This document shows positions 26,677 to 32,000 of a DNA stretch of 32,000 nucleotides, piece by piece; position 1 is the stretch's first letter, and each line of letters opens with the position of its first letter. Below the pieces are notes generated by a model. That model saw only the letters and a program-made list of their open reading frames with translations. It was not told where the DNA came from and did no database searches. Source of the DNA: Candidatus Altimarinota bacterium. Lineage in GTDB: Bacteria > Patescibacteriota > Gracilibacteria > UBA1369. The DNA lies in NCBI GenBank assembly GCA_041659405.1, contig JBAZYK010000002.1, positions 90,001 to 122,000 of the forward strand, in the 5' to 3' direction. The position numbers and the translations under genes were made by a program.

Positions 26677-28692
26677 CTAATTATTTGTACAAGTACGGCA
26701 AACTTTGGTCTTTACCTGAGTATCCTGTTGTTGAGTTGCCGATTCTTGCGTAACTTGCGTCTGAGTAGGAGCAACAATTACCTGTTGAGTCTGCCCACCA
26801 GCCTGAATCATATTCAATAAAGGATTTTGCTGAATTTGAGCACCTTGATCTAGCTGTTGCCCATTTGCCTGTGTCAAAATTTCCGCCTGAACATCACTAA
26901 TATTGACCTTTTGTTGAAGCTGCAGAAAAGCATCAAACTGCTCCCTATGGGTTGTGCCATGCAAAGTAGTCCCTACAAACTCTTGAGAATTAAGATATCT
27001 ATAGAAGACACCAAAATCCTGAAGTCTTTGAGCAAAAAGATCAGCAACCGCGACTTGCGCGTCTACTGGAAGCTGCAAATCATCAGCTTCCTTAAAAAGC
27101 CTAAAAACGATTTGTCGAGCATCTACCACCGAAACCTTATCCGCTAAAAAGAAAGCCTGTAATCTTTTCAAAAAATCGATCTTATTGCTTATAATTGTCT
27201 GCTTTTCTTCATTCTTAAAATCACCTTCCGGAAGCAATGCCAACCATTGCTGTTCAAGGTTATTTTTCATCGCGAAATATGAATCACGGTAAAACACCGA
27301 ATATTGTCGCAAAAGATTATCGAAAATCTGATTATCCTGAGCAAAAAAATCAACAACTTTGGATAAACGATTCTGCTCCTTTGAGGCCAAAGCTGTAAAA
27401 TGCTTATAATAATTATCAAGGGCAGTTCTAGCCACAGAAGGATTAATATCGACTATGTCATAAGCATTACCAAGATAATCACGCACCAACAAGAATTTTT
27501 CACGAATTTCCGCATCACTAGTCCCCATATTCTGCAAAAGCAAATCCGAAAGAACAACTCTGACCGGATAAAGATTATCTGATGGAAGTACAAAATTTAA
27601 CTTTGAATACTCCACCCATAACCTGGCAATTAATTCACGCTTATAAGTATCATTATAAACAAGATCACTTTCTTGAACTATTTTTTTGAACAAATTCAGT
27701 CTATCTTGAGCTTCTGACTGGCGATTAGACATTAATAAATACTCAGAATCATTGACTTGATCAAAAAAGTTATTCAAGACCTTCTGTATCAATTTAGACT
27801 GATCAAAAACTAAACCATTCGAGAATTTTTCATAAGACTGATTAAGCTGAAAATTTATAGAATCCAATGAATTAAAAATCAAACCACGATCACGAAATTG
27901 CTTCATTAAATCACTGGAAGATTTTTGAAACAACACAATATCCTTTTTGATATTTTCGGATATCCAAGAGTCGGATTCAATTGTGTCCATATTATAAAGA
28001 CCGTACCTGAATTCTTTTAACAACTTGGAATAAAGCAACTGCTTTAAGGTTTCAGCATTAGTTTGAATCTGATCATTGTATATACTGATCTGATTACCCT
28101 GAGCTAAAAATAAAGTATTAATAAAATCAGGAATCTTAAAAGAAGTAGCCTGAATAAAACCGTGATCCAAAGGAACAAGTCCCACAAAATCATGCTGTTT
28201 TTGGGCAAAAATCGTTACCTTTTCACCATCATAATCAAGATCAAAAGATGAATGTTGAGGTATAAGGTAAGCTCCACCGGCAATCACATTTAAATTTGCA
28301 GGAGTCAAAGCCGTATCGCCCCAAACCCTTCCTTTTCGTAGATCAAAAACAAGATTATTGGTATTTGTATCTGCATAAACAAAATTAAGCTGAGTTGCAG
28401 CATTCAAACGAATAACACCGAAATCCGCAAAATATATTTCCGCTGAACCAGCCTGAAGTGTGTCAATCTGATCACCTTGCGCAAGTTCAATGGTTTGTGG
28501 GCCCTGCAAGCTTTTGGCATTACCATGACTATTCAATTGAATAGTTTGCTGATCGGGAACCTGCAAAACAACCTGTTTTTTTGAAGATGCTTGAGTAATA
28601 GCCTTCTGCTTAAGCTGGTTTTCCCAAAAGAACACACCAAAAGCTACTATGAAAGCCATAATGATCGTCAAAATTTTATTAAAAAGTTTCAT
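26677..28692 (-). CDS. large membrane-anchored hypothetical protein with a FecR-like beta domain, a long helical region and a Gln/Thr-rich tail
   Basis: An N-terminal TM helix is present (ILTIIMAFIVAFGVFFW). A FecR-like segment follows (GSAEIYFADFGVIRLNAATQLNFVY...LRKGRVWGD). The C-terminal 70 aa are Q/T-rich and end in KVCRTCTNN. Confidence 0.55.
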   Translation of the reverse strand: MKLFNKILTIIMAFIVAFGVFFWENQLKQKAITQASSKKQVVLQVPDQQTIQLNSHGNAKSLQGPQTIELAQGDQIDTLQAGSAEIYFADFGVIRLNAATQLNFVYADTNTNNLVFDLRKGRVWGDTALTPANLNVIAGGAYLIPQHSSFDLDYDGEKVTIFAQKQHDFVGLVPLDHGFIQATSFKIPDFINTLFLAQGNQISIYNDQIQTNAETLKQLLYSKLLKEFRYGLYNMDTIESDSWISENIKKDIVLFQKSSSDLMKQFRDRGLIFNSLDSINFQLNQSYEKFSNGLVFDQSKLIQKVLNNFFDQVNDSEYLLMSNRQSEAQDRLNLFKKIVQESDLVYNDTYKRELIARLWVEYSKLNFVLPSDNLYPVRVVLSDLLLQNMGTSDAEIREKFLLVRDYLGNAYDIVDINPSVARTALDNYYKHFTALASKEQNRLSKVVDFFAQDNQIFDNLLRQYSVFYRDSYFAMKNNLEQQWLALLPEGDFKNEEKQTIISNKIDFLKRLQAFFLADKVSVVDARQIVFRLFKEADDLQLPVDAQVAVADLFAQRLQDFGVFYRYLNSQEFVGTTLHGTTHREQFDAFLQLQQKVNISDVQAEILTQANGQQLDQGAQIQQNPLLNMIQAGGQTQQVIVAPTQTQVTQESATQQQDTQVKTKVCRTCTNN

Positions 28693-28759
28693 TTGCTTTG
28701 TTTTTTATTTGTTCTTAACAATATACACTTTTTTCCACCTTTCGTCAATTTGAATTAGG

Positions 28760-28787
28760 CTGACCAAAGCCATTTTTACTCTATAAT
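28760..28787 (+). promoter_or_regulatory. candidate promoter for the SLH-protease gene
   Basis: CTGACC, a 16-nt spacer, then TATAAT, about 40 nt upstream of ATG 28829. Confidence 0.35.
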
Positions 28788-28828
28788 CACCCTGGCAAAA
28801 ATAAACTTTTATTTTTTTGAATCAACCA

Positions 28829-30598
28829 ATGAAAAAAAGCCCATTCAGCACACCAAAAAGCGTGATTTTACTGTTGTTATTAGGGATTTTCCCAAACATC
28901 TCTTTGGCGTTTTTCAGTGATGTTCCTGCGACACATCCACAATATAATGCTATTAAAGCCCTGGCCGATGAAAAGCTCATTAAAGGTTATCCTGACGGCA
29001 CGTTTAAACCGGAAAACTTCATCAACAAAAGTGAATTCCTCAAGGTCGCCTTTTCCGATTTAGGATTCATTCCAAATGAAAAGACCTATCAAACCGACTT
29101 TAAAGATGTTCCACTGGAAAGCTGGTTTGCACCATATGTACAAAAAGCCCTGGAAATAGGCGTAATTCGCTATACCAAAGCCGATCCAAATTTTCACCCG
29201 GGCAGCTTTTTAAATAAAATCGAGGGAGTAAAAATAGCTTTTGGAATTGGAGGAATTGCCACACCGTACTATACCGATATCAATCCGGAAGACCTTTTTC
29301 AGGATGTTGATAACCATGCCTGGTTTGCGTATTTAGTAAAAGCCGCAAAGGAAAATGGCATTATTTCGTCCAAAAATCGTGATTACTTTTTGCCTTTCAA
29401 ATCATTAACCAGAGGTGATGCGGCGGAAATCATCTATCAAGCACAACTGGCCAGGGACAACGACGGCAATGGCGGAACTCTAACAATCACACTACAACCT
29501 TCAGCTTTAGAAGGATTGGACTCAGTAACATCAAGCCTGCTAAATAATCCAAAATTTGCCATTTTATTGGATATTTGGAAGAAGGCCAACACCAATTTTT
29601 ATTACAAAAACAACGTAAATCAGGATGATATGATTTATGGAGCAATTGAGGGCCTTGTCGACAAACTTGATGACAAATTCACCACGTTTCAGGAACCATT
29701 AAAAGCCCAAGAATTAAGCAATTTCCTGCAAGGAGAATTTGAAGGAATTGGAACATCTCTGGATGTTGTTGATAATAAAATTGTAATTTTAACCCCTTTT
29801 GTAGGATCTCCTGCAGAAAAAGCCGGCCTTAAATCCGGCGACGTAATTCTAAAAATCAACAATCAGGCAATCGACAAACTAACTCTGGAAAACGTTTTAA
29901 GCCTAATCAAAGGGCCAACCGGCACAAATGTTCATTTAACCGTTTCCAGAAACGGGCAGACTTTTGATTTTGATATTGTCCGTGCCAAAATAACCGTGTC
30001 TTCAGTTTCGAGTAAAATGATCAACAATGTAGCCTACATTAAAATACAACAGTTTTTAAATTTAACTCCTCAGGAATTTACAAATGCCACGACTGCACTC
30101 CTGAAAAACTCTCCAAAAGGGTTTATCATAGACCTTAGAGGAAATCCGGGCGGATATCTTGATGCCGCAATTGACATTGCAGGACACTTCATCGGCCAAG
30201 GGAAAGTGGTTAGTTTTACCAAAACGGCCCAAGGAACCAAAACTCCGTTTAATTCTTCAGGCAAAGCTGAACTTGGACAATATCCAATCGTTGTTTTAAT
30301 GAACCAAGGGACAGCCTCCGCTGCCGAAATTTTAGCAGGCGCACTCCAAGATGATAAAATAGCAACTCTTGTTGGAACCAAAAGCTACGGCAAAGGAAGC
30401 GTTCAGGAAATTTTTAGCTATAATGACAATTCCACTTTAAAAATAAGTATCGCTCACTGGTTAACACCATTAGAAAGAGACATCCACGGAATTGGTCTTA
30501 TACCCGACATTGCAGTTAATGATATAACTCAAACCGCTGCACAACAAAATCAAGATCCGCAATTGGATCGTGCCGTCGCTGAAATTCAAAATCGCTAG
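28829..30598 (+). CDS. S41 C-terminal processing peptidase with signal peptide, three N-terminal SLH-like repeats and a PDZ domain
   Basis: Three repeats begin at F(S/K/Q)DVP/D, each with an aromatic/GxI core (FSDVPATHPQYNAIKAL, FKDVPLESWFAPYVQKAL, FQDVDNHAWFAYLVKAA). The PDZ block is PAEKAGLKSGDVILKINN. The S41 blocks are IIDLRGNPGGYL, GTASAAEILAGALQD and GTKSYGKGSVQ. The ORF is open from TTG 28817. Confidence 0.88.
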   Translation: MKKSPFSTPKSVILLLLLGIFPNISLAFFSDVPATHPQYNAIKALADEKLIKGYPDGTFKPENFINKSEFLKVAFSDLGFIPNEKTYQTDFKDVPLESWFAPYVQKALEIGVIRYTKADPNFHPGSFLNKIEGVKIAFGIGGIATPYYTDINPEDLFQDVDNHAWFAYLVKAAKENGIISSKNRDYFLPFKSLTRGDAAEIIYQAQLARDNDGNGGTLTITLQPSALEGLDSVTSSLLNNPKFAILLDIWKKANTNFYYKNNVNQDDMIYGAIEGLVDKLDDKFTTFQEPLKAQELSNFLQGEFEGIGTSLDVVDNKIVILTPFVGSPAEKAGLKSGDVILKINNQAIDKLTLENVLSLIKGPTGTNVHLTVSRNGQTFDFDIVRAKITVSSVSSKMINNVAYIKIQQFLNLTPQEFTNATTALLKNSPKGFIIDLRGNPGGYLDAAIDIAGHFIGQGKVVSFTKTAQGTKTPFNSSGKAELGQYPIVVLMNQGTASAAEILAGALQDDKIATLVGTKSYGKGSVQEIFSYNDNSTLKISIAHWLTPLERDIHGIGLIPDIAVNDITQTAAQQNQDPQLDRAVAEIQNR

Positions 30599-30604
30599 GC
30601 TGGA

Positions 30605-32000
30605 TTAGACTCCCGTGTTTTGCTGTTTCAAAATTTCTTCCGGATTTGTAGTGACGATTTTGTCCTCGGTATAAGAGGCAATAATCTGGATAGCCACATG
30701 GCGTAAACCGGCAAAGAAAAGCCCTTGCCCGACACCACTATTTAGCAACATATATTTTTCTCCTTCGGTAAGATTGAAAACTTTAGCCAAGACTTCAATT
30801 GCAGAAGGAGCCTGTTTCAACAAAAGTTGCAAAGATGAGTTCGTAATAACCGGCTTACCATAAGGACTCTTCACAAAGTCTTCCACATCCTGGGTAATCG
30901 TTGTAATTCCAAGATAATATTTACGGGCACGTTTTACCAAACCATACAAGAATTTTCCGGAATCTTCATACTGCATTAAGGTCCAGGCCTCATCAATAAC
31001 CAGCAAACGCTTTTTCAGTTCACTGCGAACACGATTCCAAATAAAATTCAAAATAATATACATCGCGATCGGCCTTAAACTGTCTTCCAAATCACGAATA
31101 CTAAAGACCATCAAACCACTGTTCATATCAATGTTTGTCGGCTTATTAAAAATACCCGCATAAGTTCCCTGAGTAAATTTTTGCAAACGTTGAGCCAAAC
31201 TTTGGCCGCCCTCCATCGTATTCAAAATATCATAAAGATCTTCCATGGTTGGAGGAACCAATGTTGATGGATCCAAGATATCCATCGTAATCCCTTTCAC
31301 CGCATAAACATCATTTAAAGCTTTATCCAAAATACCTTCCTCTGAAGGAGTTACGCCACCAAGCATAATCTTTAAAAGACCATGCAGATTAATAATATTG
31401 GAACGCAACAAATCACCGGGCTGCAATTCTTCATCTCTAAGCGCAGCCGGCAAATCAAAAGGATTAATACGACGATCAGAAGTCAAAGAAACGCGTAAAT
31501 AAGAACCACCAACTGTCTGGGCCAAAGCTTCATATTCATTTTCCGGGTCGATAATAATAACATCGGTACCAACCATCAATGAACGCAAAACTTCCAATTT
31601 TACAGCATAAGATTTTCCCGCACCTGACTTGGCAAAAACCACCGAATTCGCGTTTTCCAAAGAGAATCGGTCAAAAATAATTAAACTGTCATTATGACGA
31701 TTTAGTCCATACAAAATTCCATCATTGGAAGTAAGATCCGCAGAACTAAAAGGAAAAGTCGAAGACAAAGGAGATGTATTCATATTGCGGGAAACCTCCA
31801 ATTCATCCAGACACATTGGCAAACAAGAATTAAAACCATGCTCGGTTTGAAGCTCGGCCTTTTTAGTTAAAATAAGTTTTCCTCCCAGCATACTTTCCAG
31901 CTGCTTGGAAACCTTCATCAGTTTTTTATCATCATCGGAATAAATCGTAAAATAAAGCGCAAACTGGAAAAACTTTTCCTGACCACGCTGAATTTGAGTT
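30605..32000 (-). CDS. VirB4/TraC-like type IV secretion ATPase, C-terminal part (the reading frame stays open to the window end)
   Basis: Walker A is FAKSGAGKSYAVK and Walker B is LLVIDEAWTL. ITTITQDVEDF is also present. The frame upstream of the listed ATG (31918) has no stop through 32000 (TQIQRGQEKFFQFALYFTIYSDDDKKL-M...), so the gene is truncated by the window. Confidence 0.85.
   Translation of the reverse strand, partial: TQIQRGQEKFFQFALYFTIYSDDDKKLMKVSKQLESMLGGKLILTKKAELQTEHGFNSCLPMCLDELEVSRNMNTSPLSSTFPFSSADLTSNDGILYGLNRHNDSLIIFDRFSLENANSVVFAKSGAGKSYAVKLEVLRSLMVGTDVIIIDPENEYEALAQTVGGSYLRVSLTSDRRINPFDLPAALRDEELQPGDLLRSNIINLHGLLKIMLGGVTPSEEGILDKALNDVYAVKGITMDILDPSTLVPPTMEDLYDILNTMEGGQSLAQRLQKFTQGTYAGIFNKPTNIDMNSGLMVFSIRDLEDSLRPIAMYIILNFIWNRVRSELKKRLLVIDEAWTLMQYEDSGKFLYGLVKRARKYYLGITTITQDVEDFVKSPYGKPVITNSSLQLLLKQAPSAIEVLAKVFNLTEGEKYMLLNSGVGQGLFFAGLRHVAIQIIASYTEDKIVTTNPEEILKQQNTGV

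Overview
This window is a gene-dense chromosomal segment of a low-GC bacterium using the standard code. TGA, TAA and TAG all terminate conserved genes. I cannot assign a lineage without a database search.

Most of the content is housekeeping:
- the 5' part of a 16S rRNA gene with its promoter and boxA leader
- clpP, fpg, a GT4 glycosyltransferase, radA, tatD, nadB, prmC-prfA, rpsU and gyrB
- two tRNAs, Leu-UAA and Lys-CUU
- an SLH-anchored S41 protease
- a truncated VirB4-like ATPase at the right edge

A single nine-gene minus-strand operon (17251-24587) encodes all seven shikimate steps plus chorismate mutase and an ACT-less prephenate dehydratase.

I found no CRISPR array, transposase, integrase, toxin-antitoxin pair or recognisable defence system.

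The best candidate for an undescribed system is at 1859-5578. Two translationally coupled RimK-type ATP-grasp ligase paralogues face, across a shared promoter region, a 356-aa protein. That protein has a GTxxxxGKT (BioD/CobQ/DUF1611-style) P-loop and an unrecognised N-terminal domain, and it is followed by a lipoprotein.

A second unusual stretch is at 5951-8558. It holds an orphan SAM methyltransferase, a divergent KamA-family radical-SAM aminomutase with only one Cys outside its cluster motif, and a 125-aa histidine-rich HG-repeat protein with its own strong promoter.

All functional calls come from motif recognition by eye. No searches were run.
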